Shown piece after piece: positions 1-9,225 of a DNA stretch of 33,735 bases; within the stretch, counting starts at the first letter, position 1, and each line of letters starts with the position of its first letter. Below the pieces are notes generated by a model. The model was not told where the DNA came from and did not search any database. It saw only the letters and a program-made list of their open reading frames with translations. The stretch is from Candidatus Magasanikbacteria bacterium RIFOXYD12_FULL_33_17 (GTDB taxonomy: Bacteria > Patescibacteriota > Patescibacteriia > Magasanikbacterales > UBA922). The position numbers and the translations under genes are program-made. Location: contig MFRB01000100.1 of assembly GCA_001783255.1 (NCBI GenBank), positions 14,653 through 48,387 on the forward strand. Direction: 5' to 3'.

Positions 1-275
1 TTTTCAATATCATAAGAATTTGTCAAAATAATTACCTTAGCACTTTTACCATACAAGTTATCTCTACGTAAATTTTTTAAAAGAGCCATACCATCTAATT
101 TTGGTATGTTCAAATCCAATAAAATCACATCTGGTTTTTCACGCAAAGCAGTAGCCAAACCATCTTCCCCATTATTTTCTACCAAAACTTCAAAATCTTC
201 TCTAGTAAATTTTTTTAATAAAGCATCTGATAAAGACTTTTCATCTTCTACTATTAAAATTTTTCCTAAATTCAT
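1..275 (-). CDS. Response regulator, REC (CheY-like receiver) domain. The C-terminal part lies outside the window.
   Basis: It is absent from the ORF track because it runs off the window edge. Hand translation of the reverse strand from the ATG (complement of 273-275) gives MNLGKILIVEDEKSLSDALLKKFTREDFEVLVENNGEDGLATALREKPDVILLDLNIPKLDGMALLKNLRRDNLYGKSAKVIILTNSYDIE. The acidic pair (VEDE), the phospho-acceptor Asp context (ILLDLNIP) and the Thr in IILTN form the REC signature. Only 3 nt separate it from the stop of the upstream gene. Confidence 0.85.
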   Translation of the reverse strand, partial: MNLGKILIVEDEKSLSDALLKKFTREDFEVLVENNGEDGLATALREKPDVILLDLNIPKLDGMALLKNLRRDNLYGKSAKVIILTNSYDIE

Positions 276-278
276 AAA

Positions 279-2309
279 TTAACTATTAACAAGTATCAAC
301 TCTTGTCCAAAAATTTTTAAATCTTGTTGTATTATATTATCAAAGGCAGTCACAACTGGTTTTGATGTAAGATTCTTCTGAGTTGGATTTTCAGATAATA
401 TAGTAACATCAAATTGTACAGCTAAAACATCTACGCTTATAGGCATTTGCTCTATTTTCCAAATTAATTTTTTCTTATCCTTATCATAAGTTATAGTACC
501 AGCAGGTACAACAATATTACTTTCATCTACAGATATATCACCATACAAATCAGCTGTAACCTCAATATTTTTCAAATCATGATAAGTATTTGTCAAAACC
601 CAACTTATCTGATGAACATCATTACCACCAACATCTTGACTTATCTCATCTTGTGTAGCCATTTTTAAATCTGAAGTCAACTTTATATCAACTTGATTAC
701 TACTTATTAATTCTGTTTTATCATTCAAATTGTAAGAAAGTTCACTCTTCACATTTATCCTATAAGCAACATAATCAGACAATCTAATATTATCAGAAGT
801 CTTAATTGGTAAAATAACATTTACCTTAATTTCATCCCCTGGCATAATTTCTTTCAATTCAGATATATACCTTTTATCAAACGTTATAGTACCTCTTCTA
901 ACATCCGAAGAAAGTTGTTGTCCCACAATATCAGAATCAAATTCTCCAGTATCAAGTTTATCCCAAGATAAAATACTTCTACTATCAGAAGAAGGTGCAT
1001 CAATTATCACTTTCAGTTTTGCATCTTTCAAAACAGAGTCACCATTGTTTTTTATACTAACAGTCGCATTAATAGTATCCCCTGGTTGTATATCAAATGA
1101 ACCAGTTGTACCATTTACAACTAAATTATACAGAGTTTCTAAATTACTCAAAGCTACTTCCTTTTGAGTATCAAATAAAATATAACCATTTCCAATTCGT
1201 TCAGGAGAATCCCAATTTTTTACAATTACTTGAAATTTATTAGTATTTTCTTTATCTTCAGAGAAAAAACCAGAAAGATTTATTTCTTTTGAAGCATCCA
1301 ATGATTCAAAATACCATTCACAACTTTTACCATCAGCAGATTTTGGTTCACTAGACTTGAGTGCAAAAGAACCTCCAACACAAGAAACTAAAACATTTTT
1401 TACCGGTACATCACTATTAGGAGAAATAATAATTTTTATAGGTGTATCCAAACCAGCTACTATCTGTTCAGCTGTCTGTATCTCAACTTTTACTAAAGAA
1501 TCTTTGTTAGACAAAGTCAAAGTTGTAATTTTTTGAAAATCAGAACTAAAATTGTCTGGCATATAATTCAAAAATACTCTAAAGGATTGTTCAGAATTTA
1601 TATCACCATAAATATTACCTGTGACATCTATATAACCACTACCTTGTGCTTCTATATCCCCTATTTTCCAACTATCATTATTATCATTTATCGTTTCTTT
1701 GGTACTAGATGTAAACTTAAACCCTTTTGGATAACGTACTTCCAAAACAACATTATGCAACGCCACATCTTGTGAATTTTTGTAACGTATTCTGTAAGTA
1801 CTCTTCTCTCCAGAAATAAAATTATCATTACCAGACATCGTAAGAATAATATTATCTTCAGAAAATTTAACACCTGGCTGTACTACAAAAAAACCAATCC
1901 AAGCAATAGTAGCAAAAAATATCACTGAAAAAATTAATATAAAAAATGCATGTAAAAAACTACTATGTTTACTTTTTTGAAACTGTTGCATGTCTGGCAT
2001 ATCACCATCAGCATCTTCATATATTTCTGTTAACTTCTGCGTAATCTCTTGTTGAGACATAGTCCCATTATTTTTTTCTATTTTTTCTTCTTTTTTAGAG
2101 TCTTCCATGGGTAATTCTTTCTTAACAAAAACATGCACCTCTTTTTTTACAGGTTTTTCTATTTCTTCAGTAATTATTTCAACATTTTTTTGTATTTCAC
2201 TTTCTATTTCTTTTACCTTCAAATTTTGTTCATCAACAACCTGACTAGAAATTTTTTCTTTATGAAATTTTTTGCCTTCTTTTTTTGGCTTCTTATGTTT
2301 AACAGGCAT
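279..2309 (-). CDS. Single-pass membrane protein with a Lys/Glu-rich cytoplasmic N-tail, one TM helix, and tandem beta-sandwich repeats (DUF11/CARDB-like by eye)
   Basis: 676-aa ORF with an ATG start. The N-tail is basic (MPVKHKKPKKEGKKFHKEK...). The TM segment is FLHAFFILIFSVIFFATIAWIGFFVV. Several segments of roughly 100-130 aa follow, with the pattern seen in DUF11/CARDB repeats (GEKSTYRIRYKNSQDVALHNVVLEVRYPKGFKF...WKIGDIEAQGSGYIDVTG; PGDTINATVSIKNNGDSVLKDAKLKVIID). The family assignment was not verified by search. Confidence 0.6.
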   Translation of the reverse strand: MPVKHKKPKKEGKKFHKEKISSQVVDEQNLKVKEIESEIQKNVEIITEEIEKPVKKEVHVFVKKELPMEDSKKEEKIEKNNGTMSQQEITQKLTEIYEDADGDMPDMQQFQKSKHSSFLHAFFILIFSVIFFATIAWIGFFVVQPGVKFSEDNIILTMSGNDNFISGEKSTYRIRYKNSQDVALHNVVLEVRYPKGFKFTSSTKETINDNNDSWKIGDIEAQGSGYIDVTGNIYGDINSEQSFRVFLNYMPDNFSSDFQKITTLTLSNKDSLVKVEIQTAEQIVAGLDTPIKIIISPNSDVPVKNVLVSCVGGSFALKSSEPKSADGKSCEWYFESLDASKEINLSGFFSEDKENTNKFQVIVKNWDSPERIGNGYILFDTQKEVALSNLETLYNLVVNGTTGSFDIQPGDTINATVSIKNNGDSVLKDAKLKVIIDAPSSDSRSILSWDKLDTGEFDSDIVGQQLSSDVRRGTITFDKRYISELKEIMPGDEIKVNVILPIKTSDNIRLSDYVAYRINVKSELSYNLNDKTELISSNQVDIKLTSDLKMATQDEISQDVGGNDVHQISWVLTNTYHDLKNIEVTADLYGDISVDESNIVVPAGTITYDKDKKKLIWKIEQMPISVDVLAVQFDVTILSENPTQKNLTSKPVVTAFDNIIQQDLKIFGQELILVNS

Positions 2310-2347
2310 AAAATTTTAATTAGATAAATTATTATTAAAAATATTTT

Positions 2348-4936
2348 TTATTTCTTCTCCATTACTATACCAAAAATTTTGTCATTATCAAAATTTTCTT
2401 CAATCGAAGCTCCATTACTAGACAATTGTAATTTTTCACTACCCTCTTTCCAAACAGGAGACCAACCATCCGGATAGATAATAGTATTATTTATCGTTGA
2501 TACCGAACCTGATTGTTTTTGCAATAAAACACTATAACGTGATAATACAGAATTAGCAATATCACGATTCAAAAATGAAGTAAATGAAAATTTACGATCT
2601 TCTTCCTCAAACATAGCCACATTATCAAAAACTGAAAATGGTAACTTGTAAACAAAATAAACTCTACTTTCTTCTCCGCTGTAAGTTACTATCCAATTAG
2701 CAAAAGAAGTCTTATCAAATTCACTAGTAATACGTGTCCCCGTTTTTACATGTACTGAAGAATTTTTTTCAATCTTTTTTAGGTCTTCATCCTCTTGATA
2801 CCAACTTGGGGAAATAGAAAAAGAACTTTCTTCTGGATAAACAAAGCCACCAGCATCTAACAATTCAGCACCTTCCGGTACATAAATTCTAAGATAACTT
2901 ATATTAGGACTATTAAAAAATTCAGATTCATATTGCCCCTTATGTTTTCTAGTAATAATAACTGTATCAATAATACTGCCATCCTCTGCCACCACAGCTT
3001 GATGCTCTACATTTTGAGTAATATTAAGGTCACTCTTTTGACCACCAATATTAGCATTAACAACCATTAAATAATCTTGATTCTTTTTTGTTTCCAAGAC
3101 CTCTCCTGTCCAACCATACTCACGCACAATACTTTGGATGTAAGGATCATTAAAATAAAGTTGTATTTCTTTATAAGACAAAGCCTCATGCATTTGACTA
3201 ACCAAACCAATCAATTGACTAGGTTGAAGATTTTGCAAACTACCAAAAATCTGTTCCAAAACAGAAGCTAATACAACCTTTGGCGTATTTTCTTCTTCAT
3301 TATTATAATTTTGAACCTCTGTTTCAAGTTTATCCAAAGCATCTTCTGATTTCAGCAATAAATCATAATCTTCATTTTGCAAAGGTCCAATAACTTTCAA
3401 AAGTCTTTCTAAAACTGTAGAATTAATAGCTATTACACCATCAACAGTTGTTTTTTTACCATGCTCAAAAAACCAAGACATTTTTTTTGCAGATGCTCCA
3501 AAATCAGGAAACCAATTACCATCTTGAAATTCCCATCTTTTGTTTATGAGTTGTATTGGTAAAGGTGGTTTTTCATAAACATCAAGTTGTCCTTGAAAAT
3601 CATAACTTCCGGCACCAGGCACATCTATATTCAAAATCTTACCACTTTGTACATCCATAACAGCATAACTACCTACAAAGCCACCTGTCGGTCTGATTTC
3701 ATAAGTATTTTGAAATAAAACTAAGTATCTTTTGAAACCATCTCCACCCATTATCAACTGAATACTACGTATTACTTGATTGAAATTATTCATATCAGAT
3801 ACAAAACCGGAAAACAATATTTTGAAATCATTAAAAGATTGTTGATACTCTGCTGGTACAGATGTAATTTCTACATTATCTATTTGCTCTAAAGCTGTTT
3901 GATATGCTTGCAAAGCACCTCTTAAATGTTGTTGCAAAATAGTTAATCTATCTATCAAATTACCCTCACTATCTTTTTGAGTAGCCTCGTCAATTCCTTT
4001 AACCAAATAAGTATTACCCAAAGCTAACTGATGACCAGCTAAAAGTAAATCCTGTCTACTTTTTACTTTATCTCCAATAATCGGTAACAACTTAGCAATA
4101 TAAATACTAGCTTTGTATTCTCTATCAATTATTTCTTCAGCACTTCCAAAAGAATTTAAAGCATTATTTAAATCATTCTCAGCTTGATTTATATCATTAT
4201 TAAATGCCGAAACAGTCGAAGATTGTAATGACAAAAAGGCATCATTACTTTTGGAAACTATTTCTGCGGTATCTAATTTTATTTTTTTATAATAACCTAC
4301 AGCAGGAAAAGGTATCGCAATTATAATTGTCAAAATTAAAAAACTCAAAGAAAAACGTTTGAAACTTAATCTTTTTCTAAAAGATACCAAAGAATCAGTA
4401 ATAGAAGAAAAAAAGTTTGAAATATTTTGAAAAATATTTACCAAAAATTCATTAACAAAATTCGCATTTTTTTTCAAAAAATAAAACCTTGGTAATAAAT
4501 TATAATTTCTATCAACCTTGAACTTTGGTAAAATATTTTTATTTTTTGTAGTTTTTTTAAACTTTATTTTTGAATTTTTTATTTGTCTTTTTTGTATAAA
4601 ATTTTCTTGTTTTTGTTTTTCATTAGTAATTTTTATAATATTTGCAAAATTCACAACAACTTTGTTCAATTCTTTTTTTTTGTTTTCATGTTTATACACA
4701 TCTATATTTTCCAAATGGTTTTCTTTTTTATATTCTTTCAACACATCAATAATAAATGGAGACTTCTCTGCATTTTTTACAACTCTAACATTAACAAAAG
4801 AACTACTAATAATCCTCTTAGGGGTAGTTTTTTTTACTTCTTTAACCGTTGGACAAGTACGTGAATTATGCCCAACTTTATTACAAATTACACATTTACG
4901 AGGTGGTTTTTTTGTCTTTTTTTTCTTGAGTGTCAC
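2348..4936 (-). CDS. DUF4012-family membrane protein with an N-terminal cytoplasmic CCHC zinc knuckle and a long basic tail
   Basis: 862-aa ORF starting at GTG (complement of 4934-4936); there is no in-frame ATG anywhere near the N-terminus. Residues 15-28 read CVICNKVGHNSRTC, which is C-x2-C-x4-H-x4-C. A Lys/Asn-rich tail of about 190 aa follows, then the TM helix FSLSFLILTIIIAIPFPAVGYY. The extracytoplasmic body contains YLVLFQNTYEIRPTGGFVGSYAVMDV, which I recognise as the core motif of DUF4012 proteins (from memory, not searched). Confidence 0.7.
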   Translation of the reverse strand: MTLKKKKTKKPPRKCVICNKVGHNSRTCPTVKEVKKTTPKRIISSSFVNVRVVKNAEKSPFIIDVLKEYKKENHLENIDVYKHENKKKELNKVVVNFANIIKITNEKQKQENFIQKRQIKNSKIKFKKTTKNKNILPKFKVDRNYNLLPRFYFLKKNANFVNEFLVNIFQNISNFFSSITDSLVSFRKRLSFKRFSLSFLILTIIIAIPFPAVGYYKKIKLDTAEIVSKSNDAFLSLQSSTVSAFNNDINQAENDLNNALNSFGSAEEIIDREYKASIYIAKLLPIIGDKVKSRQDLLLAGHQLALGNTYLVKGIDEATQKDSEGNLIDRLTILQQHLRGALQAYQTALEQIDNVEITSVPAEYQQSFNDFKILFSGFVSDMNNFNQVIRSIQLIMGGDGFKRYLVLFQNTYEIRPTGGFVGSYAVMDVQSGKILNIDVPGAGSYDFQGQLDVYEKPPLPIQLINKRWEFQDGNWFPDFGASAKKMSWFFEHGKKTTVDGVIAINSTVLERLLKVIGPLQNEDYDLLLKSEDALDKLETEVQNYNNEEENTPKVVLASVLEQIFGSLQNLQPSQLIGLVSQMHEALSYKEIQLYFNDPYIQSIVREYGWTGEVLETKKNQDYLMVVNANIGGQKSDLNITQNVEHQAVVAEDGSIIDTVIITRKHKGQYESEFFNSPNISYLRIYVPEGAELLDAGGFVYPEESSFSISPSWYQEDEDLKKIEKNSSVHVKTGTRITSEFDKTSFANWIVTYSGEESRVYFVYKLPFSVFDNVAMFEEEDRKFSFTSFLNRDIANSVLSRYSVLLQKQSGSVSTINNTIIYPDGWSPVWKEGSEKLQLSSNGASIEENFDNDKIFGIVMEKK

Positions 4937-4964
4937 AAAAAATTATAAACTATTTATCTGCTTA

Positions 4965-4991
4965 ATTATAACACATTTTGCTTTAATTCAA
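4965..4991 (-). promoter_or_regulatory. Candidate extended -10 promoter for the DUF4012 gene
   Basis: The minus strand reads TTGAAT-15 nt-TATAAT, with TGT immediately upstream of TATAAT (TGnTATAAT). It lies about 30 nt upstream of the GTG start. The short 15-nt spacer weakens the -35 call. Confidence 0.35.
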
Positions 4992-5076
4992 AAGTTAATC
5001 ACAACTAAGTCTAAATTAAAAAAATAATCCCTATAATTAGAGATTATTTTGGATAATGTTTAAAAAACAAATATTA

Positions 5077-7887
5077 CTAAGTCAAAGCCTTATTTCCCTC
5101 TTTTTTAACCATACCCTTTAGTGGTATTGTGAAATAAAAAGTAGTACCTTTGTTTTCTATTGATTCAAACCATATTTTACCATCAGCTGACTGTTCGATA
5201 ATAGATTTGACAATATAAAGACCTAAACCAGTACCTGTAGTATCTTTCAGCTTGATATTATCAGCTCTAAACATTTTGGTAAAGATATTATCTTGTTGTT
5301 TTTTTGGTATACCATAACCATTGTCCTTCACACTCACTACTAATTCTTTTTCATTTTTTCGAATTTCAACTTTTATTTGCCCCTTATCAGGTGTATATTT
5401 GACAGCATTAGTAATCAAATTTTGGATAACCATTCTAATTAACTTCTGATCTAAATTCAATTTAGTTATTTCTTTATCATATTTTTTAGTTATTTTCATT
5501 TTTTTCTGTACTATCTGAGGTTCTAATTCTTTGATAACACTATCAAAAACATCTCTAATGTCTGTCTTTTCAGGATCAATAGCAAAAGTACCAAGTTCAA
5601 TACGAGAAACATTCAAAAGAGAATTTACCAAATCTACCATACGTTTATTTCCAACTTCAACCTCTTTCAAATAATCTCTTTGTTCCTTATTCAAAGAACC
5701 AGCATCTTCATCAAGAAGCATCTCTACATACCAATTTATAGTCGAAAGAGGTGTACGAAGCTGATGAGAAGCCAAAGATACAAACTCTGTCTTAGCTTTA
5801 TCAATACCCTGTTCATAAGAAATATCACGAAAAACCACAATACTTCCAATCACTTTTTCCATCCAGATAAAAGGACTAACCATAAATCCTACTGGAAAAA
5901 GGTTACCTTCTGAATTTTTATAATAATAAGTTTTTCCCACCAAAGAAGTCTGTTGTTTACCAGTAGATAAAGCCTGGTTGACGGCTCTTTCACTTTTATT
6001 TATCAAAATACCTTTTTCAGTAAAAGCAGGGACCTCTTCATAAATTTTTTTATTTTTCATTTCTTCTGATTTTTTACCAAGCATCACTTCAGCCGCTTTA
6101 TTTACCAAAATTATATGTCCTTTTTCATTGGTTACGATAATACCACTACTAATACTAGCCAAAAGTGCCTCATATTTAGCTTTTTCTTCAGCCAATTGAA
6201 AATCTTGTTCTTTCAAATCTTTCAGTACTAATTGTAATTTTTCTTCATCCTTTTTACGTTTAGTTATATCTCTCTCAATACCCAAAAAAAACTGTACTTC
6301 TTTTTCACTGCTCAATAATGGAGTAATACTAACTTCAGCAGGATAGACTTCACCATTTTTTCTTTTATTTAATAATTCACCAGCAAATACTTTTTTTTCT
6401 TTTTTAATAGTTTTCCATAATTTTTTATAAAAAGCTTTATCCATTACACCTCCCCACAAAACACCTGCTTTAGTACCTAAAACTTCTTTTTCATTATAAC
6501 CAGTAATTCTATTTACAGCTTTATTCGCAAATAATAACATACCATCAGGATCTGTAATTACAATATGATCAGAGGCATTATCTACAGCAAATTTAAATTT
6601 TTCTAATTCTTTACTCAATCCTTCTGTTTTTTCTTTTTCTTCATTGATGTCTTCCAAAACATTTATCAAAGCTTTTTTCTGTTCTTCTAAAAAAACCTGT
6701 TTTTCTATTATCTTCTGAGTTTGTGTCTGAACTTTTTGTTCTATTTCTTCATGAATTTTTTTGACACTAGCAGACATCATATTAAAAGCCAATATCAACT
6801 CTTGCATTTCAGAAAATTGACTACTATATTCTATAACTGAATTATAATTACCTCGACTAACTTTTAGAGCAGCATCATAAAGAATTTTTACAGGTTTCAA
6901 ATAATTTATTAATAATACTAAGATTATTATACTAGCCATTAATGCTGCTAAAAAAATAATAAGTACAGAATTATTTACAATTTTTAAAATACCAGCAACT
7001 TGCAAATTAGCTGGTTGCTCTATTGAAAAATATAAATTATAATTACCTACTTGTGTATAAAAAATATTTATTTTTTCATTTTTATTTTTATATTCAAAAA
7101 AATTAACATCTGACAAATTCGTGTTCAAATCATCCGCCGGGAAATCCCAAACAGAATCTAATTGTTTTTCTAAAAACCTTTTGTTTACAACAATTTTTTG
7201 TTTGACATCTTCGTTTAAAACACCTAAAGTATTATACAATCTTTCCAACTTATTTGAATAAATAATAACTCCATATTTATCAAGCAACATTACTGAAGAA
7301 TTATTTTCTAAATTTATTGAACTTAATTTTTTTTCAACGACTTCTGGTCTTAATTTCAAAGTAACAACGCCTAAGATATTATTTTTAGCATCTTCAATAC
7401 GTGTAGAAAAATAATAACCCAACTGATTTGTAGTAACACCCAAAACAACATCAAAAGAATAACCATTTTTAAGTGCCTCAGAAAAATAATCTCTAAAAGC
7501 ATAGTTATTGTCTACAAAAGAAGCGTCCGTCGAAACCAAAGTATTACCTTCAATGTCCATTATATATATAGCTGAAAACAAATCAGCAATATTATAACTA
7601 TCTAAGTGTTTTAACACCACTTCATCTTGTGGTTTTTTATCATTTTGCGATAAATAATACTCAACAGCCTCATCATTTTTTACATTTGTTAACAAATAAT
7701 CCACACTATTTAAGACACTCTTTACTTCTTCACTCTTTACAAAAACAAAAGTTTTGAAAGTATCTATCTTTTCTGAAACTAAATTGCTCTTAATATAAGA
7801 ATAAACAAAAACACTTGCCAAAATACCAAAAAATAGTATAGTAATTAGAAACAAAAAAATTAATTTGTAGCGCGAAAAAAAATTCAT
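5077..7887 (-). CDS. Sensor histidine kinase (TM - Cache-like periplasmic domain - TM - HAMP - coiled coil - PAS - PAS - HisKA - HATPase_c)
   Basis: 936-aa ORF. The H-box is FVSLASHQLRTPLSTINWYVEML. The N-box is QNLITNAVKYTP, the G1 box is VKDNGYGIP, and the G2 box is GTGLGLYIVKSII. Two PAS-like cores are present (ASDHIVITDPDGMLLFANKAVNRITGY; SSGIIVTNEKGHIILVNKAAEVMLG). Two TM segments flank an extracytoplasmic domain of about 270 aa. Confidence 0.9.
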   Translation of the reverse strand: MNFFSRYKLIFLFLITILFFGILASVFVYSYIKSNLVSEKIDTFKTFVFVKSEEVKSVLNSVDYLLTNVKNDEAVEYYLSQNDKKPQDEVVLKHLDSYNIADLFSAIYIMDIEGNTLVSTDASFVDNNYAFRDYFSEALKNGYSFDVVLGVTTNQLGYYFSTRIEDAKNNILGVVTLKLRPEVVEKKLSSINLENNSSVMLLDKYGVIIYSNKLERLYNTLGVLNEDVKQKIVVNKRFLEKQLDSVWDFPADDLNTNLSDVNFFEYKNKNEKINIFYTQVGNYNLYFSIEQPANLQVAGILKIVNNSVLIIFLAALMASIIILVLLINYLKPVKILYDAALKVSRGNYNSVIEYSSQFSEMQELILAFNMMSASVKKIHEEIEQKVQTQTQKIIEKQVFLEEQKKALINVLEDINEEKEKTEGLSKELEKFKFAVDNASDHIVITDPDGMLLFANKAVNRITGYNEKEVLGTKAGVLWGGVMDKAFYKKLWKTIKKEKKVFAGELLNKRKNGEVYPAEVSITPLLSSEKEVQFFLGIERDITKRKKDEEKLQLVLKDLKEQDFQLAEEKAKYEALLASISSGIIVTNEKGHIILVNKAAEVMLGKKSEEMKNKKIYEEVPAFTEKGILINKSERAVNQALSTGKQQTSLVGKTYYYKNSEGNLFPVGFMVSPFIWMEKVIGSIVVFRDISYEQGIDKAKTEFVSLASHQLRTPLSTINWYVEMLLDEDAGSLNKEQRDYLKEVEVGNKRMVDLVNSLLNVSRIELGTFAIDPEKTDIRDVFDSVIKELEPQIVQKKMKITKKYDKEITKLNLDQKLIRMVIQNLITNAVKYTPDKGQIKVEIRKNEKELVVSVKDNGYGIPKKQQDNIFTKMFRADNIKLKDTTGTGLGLYIVKSIIEQSADGKIWFESIENKGTTFYFTIPLKGMVKKEGNKALT

Positions 7888-7890
7888 ATA

Positions 7891-9090
7891 CTATATTTTT
7901 TCTTTATTTTCCTTAATCTTTTTTATTTCTTCTTTTAATTCAATCATCTTTAATTCTCTATTGACCATATTGGAGTTAAGTAACTCTAGTTCTTCAACAG
8001 TTTTATTCAATTTTACTTCTGTAATCTTAAATTTTTTTGTTTCTTCAATCATCTCTTTTTTAGTCTCATCTATCTGTAGGTGTAAAAAAATATTTTTTCT
8101 AAAAACAAAATACAAAAACAATAAAAATACTATCAATAAAAAGGCTACAAAATAAAAAAATGTATAACTACCTTGTGTATAATTTACAAAAACATCAGAT
8201 TGTATGTATTTTGCAGGAGTACTTAGCAAAATGCCCCAATAATAATCTGGTAATATTTGACTCTTCGTATAAGAAGTTACATAAGTATCCCCCCTAAACC
8301 CATAGGTTTGAAAACCTGTTTTTCCTAGACGTGCTTTTTGCAAAATATTGAGAGCATCACCAAAACCTACATAAACTTTTTTGACATAATCATCTTCAAT
8401 ATTTTTACCTATCAAATCATTGTCAACTGTCCAAAAGATATCTCCTTTACTGTCTAATACAAAAAATTCTGAACCAAACCACAGACTACTATCTTTCAAA
8501 TGTGTAAAAATGAAAGTATCTAAATCTACTAGCAAAACTAAAGTAGCTTGTTTATTTTTTTTATCATCAAAATAACTTTTGTAAATTTTGAATACATTAA
8601 CATTTTTTATATTGCTAGCCTCAATTTCTAATGAAAAAACTTTTGAAATTAAAAAATTTTGATCTGTTTTAAGAAAAAAATTTTCATCAAACTGTCTCAA
8701 GTTAATAACATCATTTGGAACACTACTTTCACAGACAATATTATTGTTGTTATCTACAAGATACCAACCATAAAATTCTTCGTCATCTAAGACACTTATA
8801 GAATTAGAACAATCAAAATCAGTACTACTAGTACTAAAAGAGACACTCTCAAAAAAATGGTCAACATTATGAAAAACATCTTTAAAATCATTTTTGACCT
8901 CCAGAGAAACCTGATTATCATAATTCAATCCAACCTGACCAAAATATTTGTTGTACTTATCCAAAAAATTATTATTATTTCTTTGAATCAAAAACCAAGA
9001 TAATAACAAAAAAATAATAGTAAAAAAAACAAAAGAACCTATTATAATACTATCAATTATTTTATTGCTAGAATTGTTAGATTCTTTCAT
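7891..9090 (-). CDS. Membrane protein with a Cache-like extracytoplasmic domain and a C-terminal coiled coil, with no recognisable output domain
   Basis: The track ORF starts at TTG (9126). I trimmed it to the first ATG (complement of 9088-9090, MKESNN...) because the TTG sits inside the upstream terminator hairpin. TM1 is IIIGSFVFFTIIFLLLSWFLI. The Cache-like core is VLDSKGDIFWTVDNDLIGKNI...GFQTYGFRGDTYVTSYTKSQILPDYYWGILLSTP. TM2 is FFYFVAFLLIVFLLFLYFVF. The tail is Lys/Glu-rich. Its stop codon lies 3 nt before the histidine kinase start. Confidence 0.7.
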   Translation of the reverse strand: MKESNNSSNKIIDSIIIGSFVFFTIIFLLLSWFLIQRNNNNFLDKYNKYFGQVGLNYDNQVSLEVKNDFKDVFHNVDHFFESVSFSTSSTDFDCSNSISVLDDEEFYGWYLVDNNNNIVCESSVPNDVINLRQFDENFFLKTDQNFLISKVFSLEIEASNIKNVNVFKIYKSYFDDKKNKQATLVLLVDLDTFIFTHLKDSSLWFGSEFFVLDSKGDIFWTVDNDLIGKNIEDDYVKKVYVGFGDALNILQKARLGKTGFQTYGFRGDTYVTSYTKSQILPDYYWGILLSTPAKYIQSDVFVNYTQGSYTFFYFVAFLLIVFLLFLYFVFRKNIFLHLQIDETKKEMIEETKKFKITEVKLNKTVEELELLNSNMVNRELKMIELKEEIKKIKENKEKI

Positions 9091-9124
9091 AAATGTTATT
9101 AGATAATTTTTATATTTGAAACAC

Positions 9125-9150
9125 AAAAAAGCTAGTCAAACTAGCTTTTT
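9125..9150 (-). terminator. Rho-independent terminator after the major pilin gene
   Basis: The minus-strand RNA reads AAAAAGCUAG-UUUGA-CUAGCUUUUUU. This is a perfect 10-bp inverted repeat (aaaaagctag / ctagcttttt) followed by a U-run, 76 nt downstream of the pilin stop. Confidence 0.75.
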
Positions 9151-9225
9151 GCAAAAAATTTTAAATAAAAGACAGGCATATGGCTAATTTGTCTTTATAC
9201 AAAACAACTTATCCTAAGTTTAAAA

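Noticed and set aside
5021-5050. Hairpin aaaataatc/gattatttt 27 nt downstream of the histidine kinase stop, as a terminator
   Set aside because: The stem is 9 bp but almost entirely A-U, with a 12-nt loop. It is followed by U's, but its stability is probably too low to call with confidence from sequence alone.
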